DNA from: Naegleria gruberi
Taxonomy: Eukaryota
Reading direction: 5' to 3' (one strand)
DNA length: 44,786 nucleotides
Assembly (NCBI GenBank): GCA_000004985.1
Contig: GG738965.1
Below the pieces are notes generated by a model, which was given only the letters and a program-made list of their open reading frames with translations, was not told the DNA's origin and ran no database searches. The position numbers and the translations under genes were made by a program. Numbering within the stretch: the stretch's first letter is position 1; each line of letters begins with the position of its first letter. Of this stretch, positions 1-9,419 are shown piece after piece.

Positions 1-17
1 TCTGATACACAGTAGTA

Positions 18-500
18 GTGAATCATCACACAACTTCGGAGATTGAATCATCCTCGTCTTCATCTTTATCAACAACTACATCAACAACAACTGATAATAA
101 TAAACAAATATATAGAACATGGATTAAAAAACAACAAGTACCATTAGGATGTTCAATATTACAATTATTTGTTAAAGAGAATGATATAATAGAAATTAAT
201 CAACCATTATTTGAATATAAAGTATATAATGTAAATCATAATGGTGTTATTGGTGATAGAGTTGGTGTATTCTTAGCAAGTATTTATAAAAATTTAAAGA
301 ATAATTCATTGTGCAAGGCTAAAATTGTTAAAATTTTAATGTCTAATCAGTCTGATTTAATTTCACAAACAAATCCATATCATATTACACAAGAAAATCA
401 AAGAATTGTTTTACATATTCAATATATTGATACAAGTGTTAAAGAAGAAATTACAAATCAAGATTTTGAACCACAAGTGCCAACTTATACTTTATTATAA
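18..500 (+). CDS. 3' part of a hypothetical protein with Ser/Thr-rich N-terminal region; 5' end lies outside the window
   Basis: Frame is open from nt 6 to TAA at 498-500 with no in-frame ATG until far downstream. A cag acceptor at 10-12 suggests this exon follows an intron. Codon usage matches neighbouring genes. No recognisable domain. Confidence 0.4.
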   Translation: MNHHTTSEIESSSSSSLSTTTSTTTDNNKQIYRTWIKKQQVPLGCSILQLFVKENDIIEINQPLFEYKVYNVNHNGVIGDRVGVFLASIYKNLKNNSLCKAKIVKILMSNQSDLISQTNPYHITQENQRIVLHIQYIDTSVKEEITNQDFEPQVPTYTLL

Positions 501-537
501 AATTATTTTTTATTTTATTAATTTTATTTTTAATAAT

Positions 538-2661
538 TTATTTATTTTTAATTAAAATAGATTGACCTGACATTTCAATATTTTTATAACATTTAAAAAT
601 ATTAATATTTGAATTTTTAAATAATTTAAATTCCCATGTATTTTCTAAATTATTTTTAAAATTTTCAATTGTATTTTTTTTAAATACATATTTAGTAATA
701 ATTTTATAACTTGAACGATTTTTTCTTGTTTGTTTATGAAGAGGTTGACAACAATTAATTACTATAAATGTATTATTATATTCAGTTACACAAATTAAAT
801 CTCTATAAAAACAAATTTCATTTAAATAATCTTCATTAACATTTTCTTTAATTGTAAATTCTAATTTTCCTTTTTTAGTATTATTTAATTTATTAAATTC
901 TAAAATATAAATATCATCATCAATTACAATATCACTAGGTTTACCTAAACTTCCTTTTTTAATACAAATTAATTCTTTAACATGTTTTTTTTGATAATAT
1001 ATTGTTTTATAATAATTTAAATTTAATATTTCATTATTATTACCATTTATATTATTATTATTAGAATTATTAGATAATTCATTTGATGATTTAATTGATT
1101 CAGTAAATTCTTCCAATGATAATTGTTTTTTAGTATTATTATTTGTATTAATATTATTATTATTATTATTGGTTGTATTGTTAATATTTTTTGAATTATT
1201 ATTTGATGATTTTAATTTTTTTCTATTTAATTGTTTTGATTGTTTTGAAAAAGTTAAATAACANNNNNNNNNNNNNNNNNNNNNNNNNNNNNNNNNNNNN
1301 NNNNNNNNNNNNNNNNNNNNNNNNNNNNNNNNNNNNNNNNNNNNNNNNNNNNNNNNNNNNNNNNNNNNNNNNNNNNNNNNNNNNNNNNNNNNNNNNNNNN
1401 NNNNNNNNNNNNNNNNNNNNNNNNNNNNNNNNNNNNNNNNNNNNNNNNNNNNNNNNNNNNNNNNNNNNNNNNNNNNNNNNNNNNNNNNNNNNNNNNNNNN
1501 NNNNNNNNNNNNNNNNNNNNNNNNNNNNNNNNNNNNNNNNNNNNNNNNNNNNNNNNNNNNNNNNNNNNNNNNNNNNNNNNNNNNNNNNNNNNNNNNNNNN
1601 NNNNNNNNNNNNNNNNNNNNNNNNNNNNNNNNNNNNNNNNNNNNNNNNNNNNNNNNNNNNNNNNNNNNNNNNNNNNNNNNNNNNNNNNNNNNNNNNNNNN
1701 NNNNNNNNNNNNNNNNNNNNNNNNNNNNNNNNNNNNNNNNNNNNNNNNNNNNNNNNNNNNNNNNNNNNNNNNNNNNNNNNNNNNNNNNNNNNNNNNNNNN
1801 NNNNNNNNNNNNNNNNNNNNNNNNNNNNNNNNNNNNNNNNNNNNNNNNNNNNNNNNNNNNNNNNNNNNNNNNNNNNNNNNNNNNNNNNNNNNNNNNNNNN
1901 NNNNNNNNNNNNNNNNNNNNNNNNNNNNNNNNNNNNNNNNNNNNNNNNNNNNNNNNNNNNNNNNNNNNNNNNNNNNNNNNNNNNNNNNNNNNNNNNNNNN
2001 NNNNNNNNNNNNNNNNNNNNNNNNNNNNNNNNNNNNNNNNNNNNNNNNNNNNNNNNNNNNNNNNNNNNNNNNNNNNNNNNNNNNNNNNNNNNNNNNNNNN
2101 NNNNNNNNNNNNNNNNNNNNNNNNNNNNNNNNNNNNNNNNNNNNNNNNNNNNNNNNNNNNNNNNNNNNNNNNNNNNNNNNNNNNNNNNNNNNNNNNNNNN
2201 NNNNNNNNNNNNNNNNNNNNNNNNNNNNNNNNNNNNNNNNNNNNNNNNNNNNNNNNNNNNNNNNNNNNNNNNNNNNNNNNNNNNNNNNNNNNNNNNNNNN
2301 NNNNNNNNNNNNNNNNNNNNNNNNNNNNNNNNNNNNNNNNNNNNNNNNNNNNNNNNNNNNNNNNNNNNNNNNNNNNNNNNNNNNNNNNNNNNNNNNNNNN
2401 NNNNNNNNNNNNNNNNNNNNNNNNNNNNNNNNNNNNNNNNNNNNNNNNNNNNNNNNNNNNNNNNNNNNNNNNNNNNNNNNNNNNNNNNNNNNNNNNNNNN
2501 NNNNNNNNNNNNNNNNNNNNNNNNNNNNNNNNNNNNNNNNNNNNNNNNNNNNNNNNNNNNNNNNNNNNNNNNNNNNNNNNNNNNNNNNNNNNNACAGCAG
2601 GAACAGGTGAAGAAGGATCAGTGGAGATATATACTTCCAACAAATTTAAATATTTAACCAT
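538..2661 (-). CDS. hypothetical poly-Asn protein, middle 1264-2593 masked
   Basis: ATG at 2661-2659 (MVKYLNLLEVYISTDPSSPVPA) runs into the mask. The same frame resumes at 1263 and ends at TAA (plus tta 538-540). The 241-aa visible C-terminal part has Asn homopolymers and a Lys-rich globular tail with no family I can name. Convergent with the previous gene; stops are 37 nt apart. Confidence 0.5.
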   Translation of the reverse strand: MVKYLNLLEVYISTDPSSPVPAXXXXXXXXXXXXXXXXXXXXXXXXXXXXXXXXXXXXXXXXXXXXXXXXXXXXXXXXXXXXXXXXXXXXXXXXXXXXXXXXXXXXXXXXXXXXXXXXXXXXXXXXXXXXXXXXXXXXXXXXXXXXXXXXXXXXXXXXXXXXXXXXXXXXXXXXXXXXXXXXXXXXXXXXXXXXXXXXXXXXXXXXXXXXXXXXXXXXXXXXXXXXXXXXXXXXXXXXXXXXXXXXXXXXXXXXXXXXXXXXXXXXXXXXXXXXXXXXXXXXXXXXXXXXXXXXXXXXXXXXXXXXXXXXXXXXXXXXXXXXXXXXXXXXXXXXXXXXXXXXXXXXXXXXXXXXXXXXXXXXXXXXXXXXXXXXXXXXXXXXXXXXXXXXXXXXXXXXXXXXXXXXXXXXXXXXXXXXXXXXXXXXXXXXXXXXXXXXXXXXXXXXXXXXXXXXXXXXXXXXXXXXCYLTFSKQSKQLNRKKLKSSNNNSKNINNTTNNNNNNINTNNNTKKQLSLEEFTESIKSSNELSNNSNNNNINGNNNEILNLNYYKTIYYQKKHVKELICIKKGSLGKPSDIVIDDDIYILEFNKLNNTKKGKLEFTIKENVNEDYLNEICFYRDLICVTEYNNTFIVINCCQPLHKQTRKNRSSYKIITKYVFKKNTIENFKNNLENTWEFKLFKNSNINIFKCYKNIEMSGQSILIKNK
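1152..1170 (-). repeat. (ATT)n / (AAT)n trinucleotide run encoding poly-Asn
   Basis: tattattattattattatt seen directly; lies within the coding sequence of the 538-2661 gene. Confidence 0.7.
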
Positions 2662-2825
2662 TTAATTTAAATATATTGACAATAACAAGATTAGAAAACA
2701 TTTTAAATGTTTGTGATAAAACTGTTGTTGAAATTCTATAAAATTTTCAATTATTTTGTTTTCTTTTACAAGTGCCGAGTTTCTTTTTTTTGAAATTGCA
2801 ATAGAGATTATTCCTCTTTAAATTT

Positions 2826-4298
2826 CTATTTTCTTGTCATTTCCTCATCATCAATTTCTTCCAAATCTTCTTCTTCTTCCTTATCACTGTTAAGTGAATC
2901 TAAATCATCTGATAATCTTGTACTTGAATCATCATTATCTGATTTTGAAATATTCTTCTTCATTTCTTCTTCATTATCATTATCATTGTTATTATCATCC
3001 TTATTATCATCATTATTATCATTCTTATTTAATAAATTAATTGATTTTAAAATATGATAATGTTTAAAACATTCTAAATGATTATTTCTTTTTAACCATG
3101 GTTTATAAAATTTTAATTCCTTTCTAATAGATTTACGTGAATGTTGAATTGGATCTGGATATTTCATTAATTGATACATTTCAGAATTAGTTTGATCAAA
3201 CATTTCAAAAAGTAAATCAATAAAAAAAGGATTATATAAACCAGTACGTGTCATTCTATGAATTTTAAATATTTCAATTGCTTTTTCAACATTTTCAATA
3301 ATTTTCTTTTTTAATAAATAATAACAAATTACAAAACCAGTTCTATTTAAACCATGTGTACAATGAATTAAAATATATTTAGTAGGATTATTAGAAATAT
3401 ATAAATCAATATCATTTACAATTGTATCCATTTGTTCTGTAAATAATTTTACATTTAAATTCTTATTTAAATCATGAATATTCATATAATATGATAAATA
3501 TTTCATATTTAAAGGTAAATCATTCTTTTTATAAAATTCAACACAACATAAATCAATTATTAATCCAATATCTTGTTCATATTTGGTATTAAAATGTTCT
3601 TGTATTAATGAAATGGATGAATTATTTGGATATTTAAAATATTGTGGACTTAATGGACATTTAAGTGGAATAAATTTAGTATTGGGTATTAATTCTCCAA
3701 ATAAGGGTGTTACTTGTGGCCAACCTTTGGGAATTTTACGATACTTCTTAGAATTGGAAAAATAATTTCTAATTACATTTTGACTTGAATTATTTAAATT
3801 ATTATCTAAATTATTATTATCTAAATTATTATTATTTAAATTATTATTTAAATTATTATCTAAATTATTATTATTGGTGGAAGAGGAGGTGGTAGTATTA
3901 TTATTATTATTATCATTGGTGGTATTTAAATTATCTGATGATGATGATGTATTTGAAGATAGTTGATTAATATAATCTGTTACATTCCGTATGGCAAATG
4001 GATATTTTGAAATATAATTTTCATTATTATAATAGTTTCCTCCTCCTGTTGAATATGATGATGATGATGTAGTAGTATTATTATTAGATGATCCATTATT
4101 ATCATCATTAGATGATGAATTTGTACTATTATTTGTGTAAGAAGAAGAATCGGAGTAGTTTTGATATTTTTGTTTCTTGTAATTTCGTCTCCTATATGAT
4201 GATGATCCACTTCTTGAATTTCCATAATTATTATATCCACCATCATGATGGTATGATCTCTTTTCACTACTACGATGATGATTATTACTATCACTCAT
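2826..4298 (-). CDS. stand-alone cysteine-phosphatase-fold RNA 5'-phosphatase (DUSP11/PIR1-like or mRNA-capping-enzyme triphosphatase-like), 490 aa
   Basis: Uninterrupted ORF from ATG 4298 to stop at 2826. Central domain carries KIPKGWPQVTPLFGELIPNTKFIPLKCPL, IGLIIDLCCVEFYKKNDLP and the P-loop ILIHCTHGLNRTGFVICYYLL (HCxxGxxRT). These match DUSP11 (VHCTHGLNRTGYLICRYL) and the Mce1 triphosphatase domain (VHCTHGFNRTGF). No KxDG guanylyltransferase domain follows. N-terminal third is a Ser/Asn/Tyr/Arg low-complexity region and the C-terminus is an acidic Asp/Glu/Asn tail. Confidence 0.7.
   Translation of the reverse strand: MSDSNNHHRSSEKRSYHHDGGYNNYGNSRSGSSSYRRRNYKKQKYQNYSDSSSYTNNSTNSSSNDDNNGSSNNNTTTSSSSYSTGGGNYYNNENYISKYPFAIRNVTDYINQLSSNTSSSSDNLNTTNDNNNNNTTTSSSTNNNNLDNNLNNNLNNNNLDNNNLDNNLNNSSQNVIRNYFSNSKKYRKIPKGWPQVTPLFGELIPNTKFIPLKCPLSPQYFKYPNNSSISLIQEHFNTKYEQDIGLIIDLCCVEFYKKNDLPLNMKYLSYYMNIHDLNKNLNVKLFTEQMDTIVNDIDLYISNNPTKYILIHCTHGLNRTGFVICYYLLKKKIIENVEKAIEIFKIHRMTRTGLYNPFFIDLLFEMFDQTNSEMYQLMKYPDPIQHSRKSIRKELKFYKPWLKRNNHLECFKHYHILKSINLLNKNDNNDDNKDDNNNDNDNEEEMKKNISKSDNDDSSTRLSDDLDSLNSDKEEEEDLEEIDDEEMTRK
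3791..3875 (-). repeat. imperfect 12-18-nt tandem repeat (taaattattatt variants) encoding NNLDNN/NNLNNN reiterations
   Basis: Direct reading of the plus strand: ttatctaaattattattatctaaattattattatttaaattattatttaaattattatctaaattattattatt. In frame within the phosphatase N-terminal low-complexity region. Confidence 0.65.
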
Positions 4299-4554
4299 GA
4301 TGATGAAATAGTTCTTTTAGTATAACGGCTTTTTTTTGAATATTTTGAATCTAATAATTAGTTGAAGATATTATTGTGATTCTAATTGACTCTCCTGAGA
4401 TATCGAGATTACAAGTTAGGAGCCGAATTATTCTAGTGTAGGGAGTAGTTTGATGTACTTTAATCTAGTTATCATTTTGTATTATTTATAAGAACATCAG
4501 TTGTTTGTTGTATGAAGAGAATGATTTTCAAAGCCTAAAAAAAGAAGCAACATA
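4299..4554. promoter_or_regulatory. divergent promoter region between the RNA phosphatase gene (-) and the Hip gene (+)
   Basis: 256-nt non-coding interval flanked by two head-to-head start codons (4298 minus, 4555 plus). No specific motif identified. Confidence 0.35.
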
Positions 4555-6272
4555 ATGGAGGGTATCAAGTTTTCAGCCTTACAACTAGATTCCTTGAAGC
4601 AATTTGTAAAGGTTTGTTGTATTTATATATTACATTTCATTATAAGTGCAACGAATAATAATAATAGTATATTAAATACAATCCGAGAGTTTNNNNNNNN
4701 NNNNNNNNNNNNNNNNNNNNNNNNNNNNNNNNNNNNNNNNNNNNNNNNNNNNNNNNNNNNNNNNNNNNNNNNNNNNNNNNNNNNNNNNNNNNNNNNNNNN
4801 NNNNNNNNNNNNNNNNNNNNNNNNNNNNNNNNNNNNNNNNNNNNNNNNNNNNNNNNNNNNNNNNNNNNNNNNNNNNNNNNNNNNNNNNNNNNNNNNNNNN
4901 NNNNNNNNNNNNNNNNNNNNNNNNNNNNNNNNNNNNNNNNNNNNNNNNNNNNNNNNNNNNNNNNNNNNNNNNNNNNNNNNNNNNNNNNNNNNNNNNNNNN
5001 NNNNNNNNNNNNNNNNNNNNNNNNNNNNNNNNNNNNNNNNNNNNNNNNNNNNNNNNNNNNNNNNNNNNNNNNNNNNNNNNNNNNNNNNNNNNNNNNNNNN
5101 NNNNNNNNNNNNNNNNNNNNNNNNNNNNNNNNNNNNNNNNNNNNNNNNNNNNNNNNNNNNNNNNNNNNNNNNNNNNNNNNNNNNNNNNNNNNNNNNNNNN
5201 NNNNNNNNNNNNNNNNNNNNNNNNNNNNNNNNNNNNNNNNNNNNNNNNNNNNNNNNNNNNNNNNNNNNNNNNNNNNNNNNNNNNNNNNNNNNNNNNNNNN
5301 NNNNNNNNNNNNNNNNNNNNNNNNNNNNNNNNNNNNNNNNNNNNNNNNNNNNNNNNNNNNNNNNNNNNNNNNNNNNNNNNNNNNNNNNNNNNNNNNNNNN
5401 NNNNNNNNNNNNNNNNNNNNNNNNNNNNNNNNNNNNNNNNNNNNNNNNNNNNNNNNNNNNNNNNNNNNNNNNNNNNNNNNNNNNNNNNNNNNNNNNNNNN
5501 NNNNNNNNNNNNNNNNNNNNNNNNNNNNNNNNNNNNNNNNNNNNNNNNNNNNNNNNNNNNNNNNNNNNNNNNNNNNNNNNNNNNNNNNNNNNNNNNNNNN
5601 NNNNNNNNNNNNNNNNNNNNNNNNNNNNNNNNNNNNNNNNNNNNNNNNNNNNNNNNNNNNNNNNNNNNNNNNNNNNNNNNNNNNNNNNNNNNNNNNNNNN
5701 NNNNNNNNNNNNNNNNNNNNNNNNNNNNNNNNNNNNNNNNNNNNNNNNNNNNNNNNNNNNNNNNNNNNNNNNNNNNNNNNNNNNNNNNNNNNNNNNNNNN
5801 NNNNNNNNNNNNNNNNNNNNNNNNNNNNNNNNNNNNNNNNNNNNNNNNNNNNNNNNNNNNNNNNNNNNNNNNNNNNNNNNNNNNNNNNNNNNNNNNNNNN
5901 NNNNNNNNNNNNNNNNNNNNNNNNNNNNNNNNNNNNNNNNNNNNNNNNNNNNNNNNNNNNNNNNNNNNNNNNNNNNNNNNNNNNNNNNNNNNNNNNNNNN
6001 NNNNNNNNNNNNNNNNNNNNNNNNNNNNNNNNNNNNNNNNNNNNNNNNNNNNNNNNNNNNNNNNNNNNNNNNNNNAACTTTGTCATCCACATGTAATGAA
6101 ACTTGTTTCTGGAGATGAATATTTAATGAAAGGATTTCAAAATCCAAGACTCGTAAATGCAATTAATGAAATTGCTATGAATCCATCAGCCTTCTTGAAA
6201 TATAATCATGACATTGAGGTTGTAACAATGTTTAAAAAGTTTACAGAAATTATAGGAAAGGCAAATAAATAA
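4555..6272 (+). CDS. Hsc70-interacting protein (Hip/ST13-like co-chaperone); join(4555..4611,4668..6272), interior 4693-6075 masked
   Basis: Exon 1 MEGIKFSALQLDSLKQFVK ends at a GT donor (gtttgt, 4612). A 56-nt AT-rich intron ends ...aataatag (4667). Exon 2 begins YIKYNPRV, which matches the Hip N-terminus [23 protein letters not shown]. After the mask, in frame 0, KLVSGDEYLMKGFQNPRLVNAINEIAMNPSAFLKYNHDIEVVTMFKKFTEIIGKANK* (stop 6270-6272) aligns with the Hip C-terminal STI1/DP domain ([49 protein letters not shown]). The ORF-track end at 6096 is a different frame. The join across the mask is inferred. Confidence 0.55.
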
Positions 6273-6374
6273 TTGGCAATTCTCTTAATCAAGTTGATAT
6301 ATTGTAAAGAATTTGATTGTAGAAGAACAATGAACAATGTGATTGTCTTATTACTAATAATATCATAAATAAAA

Positions 6375-6933
6375 ATGTCAAAAGTTAATGATGAACTAGA
6401 TTGTAATGAAATTGTTCCACGATTATTTCTCGGAAGTGAAGATGCTGCCTATGCAGATATCAATATATTAAAAGGAGAACCCTATAAATTCACTCATATT
6501 TGTGTATGTGGTTTCGGGCTCATTAAGAAACATGAGAAAACATCTCAAATTGAATATCATCATATCAAGGCTGTTGATTTACCAGTTTATAACATTACAA
6601 AAGATGTCAAATCATGTGCAGAGTTTATTGACAATGCACTGAATGGAGATGAAAATAATAGAGTACTTGTTCATGTAGGTTTGTTCTGATTAAAATTCAA
6701 ATAGGAACATATTAACTACAAACATTATCTAAATAATCATCATTGTAATTATATTAAATTATTATTATTAAAAGTGTTCAAGAGGAGTGAGTAGAAGTGC
6801 CTCCATAGTAACAGCCTACTTGATGTTGAAGAAGGGAATGACATTTGAAGAAGCATACTATGGTAATGTAAAGAAGAAACGTTCCATTGTTTGTCTCAAT
6901 CAAGGATTTGCAGAACAATTAAAAGGCTTGTAA
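6375..6933 (+). CDS. small classical dual-specificity protein phosphatase (DUSP), 153 aa; join(6375..6674,6775..6933)
   Basis: Exon 1 (MSKVNDELDC...RVLVH) ends at donor gtaggt (6675). A 100-nt AT-rich intron ends ...ttattaaaag (6774). Exon 2 CSRGVSRSASIVTAYLMLKKGMTFEEAYYGNVKKKRSIVCLNQGFAEQLKGL* (stop 6931-6933) restores the catalytic motif VHCSRGVSRS (CX5R). Upstream LFLGSEDAAYA and the acid loop AVDLPVYNI are typical DUSP. A-rich start context aaaaATG. Confidence 0.75.
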
Positions 6934-8142
6934 ATTACTAAAGAACAATAGAATATTGTGGTGATGTAATCAGAATTGAAACAAGCCATCCATCATCACT
7001 CTCGTATCGCTGTTGGTTTGTCTCATAGCAACGTTGATGATGTTGGTGTACAACAAGCAGATTAATTGCCATCATGATACCACAATGAACCCTTTATCCG
7101 TAAATCATCATTGATTCCAATATTTCAGCAACAATATTTGCGCAATCAGGCATGTTCACAACAAAATGATTGATGGTGATGAGATTGCCAGTAGGGAACA
7201 ATTGTGTTTTCTTCCTCTTGTTTGCAAAGTTTTTTAGCGGGTTTTTCCAAGTGAAAGAAGAAAACTTTGTTGTTAAAAAAACGAATCACAAAAATATTAG
7301 CGAACAAGTTGTTTGCCGCGCTTTTTGATTTTTTCAAAAGTAAAAAAACGATAAAGATTACCATCGCTCCGGTTTTCGTCATCACACAGCAGTAATTTAT
7401 ATAGATCATCATCATTTGNNNNNNNNNNNNNNNNNNNNNNNNNNNNNNNNNNNNNNNNNNNNNNNNNNNNNNNNNNNNNNNNNNNNNNNNNNNNNNNNNN
7501 NNNNNNNNNNNNNNNNNNNNNNNNNNNNNNNNNNNNNNNNNNNNNNNNNNNNNNNNNNNNNNNNNNNNNNNNNNNNNNNNNNNNNNNNNNNNNNNNNNNN
7601 NNNNNNNNNNNNNNNNNNNNNNNNNNNNNNNNNNNNNNNNNNNNNNNNNNNNNNNNNNNNNNNNNNNNNNNNNNNNNNNNNNNNNNNNNNNNNNNNNNNN
7701 NNNNNNNNNNNNNNNNNNNNNNNNNNNNNNNNNNNNNNNNNNNNNNNNNNNNNNNNNNNNNNNNNNNNNNNNNNNNNNNNNNNNNNNNNNNNNNNNNNNN
7801 NNNNNNNNNNNNNNNNNNNNNNNNNNNNNNNNNNNNNNNNNNNNNNNNNNNNNNNNNNNNNNNNNNNNNNNNNNNNNNNNNNNNNNNNNNNNNNNNNNNN
7901 NNNNNNNNNNNNNNNNNNNNNNNNNNNNNNNNNNNNNNNNNNNNNNNNNNNNNNNNNNNNNNNNNNNNNNNNNNNNNNNNNNNNNNNNNNNNNNNNNNNN
8001 NNNNNNNNNNNNNNNNNNNNNNNNNNNNNNNNNNNNNNNNNNNNNNNNNNNNNNNNNNNNNNNNNNNNNNNNNNNNNNNNNNNNNNNNNNNNNNNNNNNN
8101 NNNNNNNNNNNNNNNNNNNNNNNNNNNNNNNNNNNNNNNNNA

Positions 8143-8343
8143 TCTCAAAATGAATTATCCCAAGCTGAAATTTGTTTCCAATTCACAGATAGTTCCTTTA
8201 CACGAGCCTACTCAAAGAAGGTCAAAGTTGAAAAGAGCAAGAATAATAGAGGAGGTTCAAAACCACACGGATTTGTTGATATCACAGATAGTCTAATTGG
8301 AAAGATGGCATTTAGTAGCAATCCATACCCTACAGAAGAGTAG
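8143..8343 (+). CDS. 3' terminal fragment of a gene mostly hidden in mask 7419-8141
   Basis: Frame-1 ORF SQNELSQAEICFQFTDSSFTRAYSKKVKVEKSKNNRGGSKPHGFVDITDSLIGKMAFSSNPYPTEE* runs out of the mask to TAG 8341-8343, with codon usage like the CDK gene. The opposite-strand tail at 7297-7418 uses many CGN/GGC codons and is less likely. Strand and frame inside the mask cannot be verified. Confidence 0.3.
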   Translation, partial: SQNELSQAEICFQFTDSSFTRAYSKKVKVEKSKNNRGGSKPHGFVDITDSLIGKMAFSSNPYPTEE

Positions 8344-8789
8344 TATTAATCCACTTTTATCATTGATAATTTTCCTTTTCATACCCTTCATACCCAATAA
8401 TTCCCAAATTTGATTTCATCATGAACCTTCCTCTACAAAAAGTTCCACGCTCTTTATTCAACAACAAACCCTACTACAATCATCATCATCATCTTGTACT
8501 TCCTTGTATTGTATCACTTAACTTATATAATAATCTATTGAAGATGAATAAATTATTACTAGGACACTTTATTAAAATGTTCATTTCTCGTAGTCTTCTA
8601 TGACATGTTGTACAAAAGAGGTAAAGATTAAATAACACCTACTAAATATTAATATAGGGAATCTAATTATTGAACAACAATTAACCATTTGTTAAGTTAG
8701 TTATGAGAGTTTCAGCAAGGTTGGATAAACGAAAACATTAATAGGTATCAACATATAGAAAGAGCTAGTTTTCAGTCACTAACATGAAA

Positions 8790-8860
8790 TCGGGTGTGGT
8801 ATAGTGGTAGCATTCCAGACTGTCACTCTGGCGACCCGGGTTCAATTCCCGGCACTCGAG
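8790..8860 (+). tRNA. tRNA-Asp (anticodon GUC)
   Basis: tcgggtg/cactcga is a 7-bp acceptor stem with one G-U pair. D-arm gtatagtggtag (A box), anticodon stem ccaga/tctgg, loop cTGTCac giving GTC. T-arm ccggg-ttcaatt-cccgg (B box). Discriminator G. Confidence 0.85.
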
Positions 8861-8865
8861 ATTAA

Positions 8866-8884
8866 TTTTAGCTTTATCTTTTAG
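8866..8884 (+). terminator. Pol III oligo-T terminator for tRNA-Asp
   Basis: tttt at 8866-8869 and a second T4 within ctttatctttt follow directly after the tRNA. Confidence 0.5.
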
Positions 8885-9419
8885 TTTTGAGTATTAATTT
8901 TTCAATCATATGAAGAAATATATGTACTATACACAGGTACCAAATTTCAAAATTTCATCTCTTAAAACCATAGAAAGAATAATCTCAGTTTAGACACTTT
9001 TTTTTTTCCTATTAAAAATATTTTTATTTCCATGTTAAATGAGCCAATCTACATATTCACAAATATTCCATTCACAACCCATGGCTGGTAAGAATAGAGT
9101 GGTCAAAGGGCAAGCTTCGCTATTTCAAATCCCACCTTCTGCAGATTTTATTTCCATATTTTTCGATTGAAATATATTTCCTAATACGTTTTTATCACAA
9201 TCTGCAAAGTTGGTATTCAGATGAAAATTTCATCAATTATTCCCCTATGAATATAATATTTATTAACAATTTTTAATTTTGAATTAATAGAACGGTTTCT
9301 GCTATTTCAAAATCTCGCGAATAATAATTGAGAATCTCAAATTGTGTATTCTCACTCATGACATCATCACATTGTAACTCGTGATAATTGTTTCCCTTCA
9401 GTTCCATAAATTAAAAAAA

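Noticed and set aside
3583-4300. Short ORFs 3583-3765 (+), 3980-4294 (-) and 4112-4300 (+) inside the phosphatase gene
   Set aside because: They are shadow or overlapping frames within a well-supported 490-aa CDS. They are low-complexity I/H/M-rich translations of AT-rich codons.
7146-7415. 89-aa minus ORF and MIDGDEIASREQLCFLPLVCKVF plus-strand mini-ORF in the 6934-7418 block
   Set aside because: No domain similarity and odd composition. The region looks like a UTR or promoter (A-runs, GC islands) rather than coding sequence.
9381-9419. N-terminal extensions of the F-box ORF (9381) and GNAT ORF (12099) shown in the ORF track
   Set aside because: Both begin at GTG/TTG codons treated as M by the ORF caller. 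Strong A-rich ATG starts lie downstream at 9420 and 12132.
8861-9419. Possible small ncRNA or upstream-element motif (aacccatgg, tcccacct; GC-richer island 9060-9130) between tRNA-Asp and the F-box gene
   Set aside because: No exact match to the dictyostelid upstream element (A/T)CCCA(C/T)AA. No C/D or H/ACA box arrangement could be recognised by eye.
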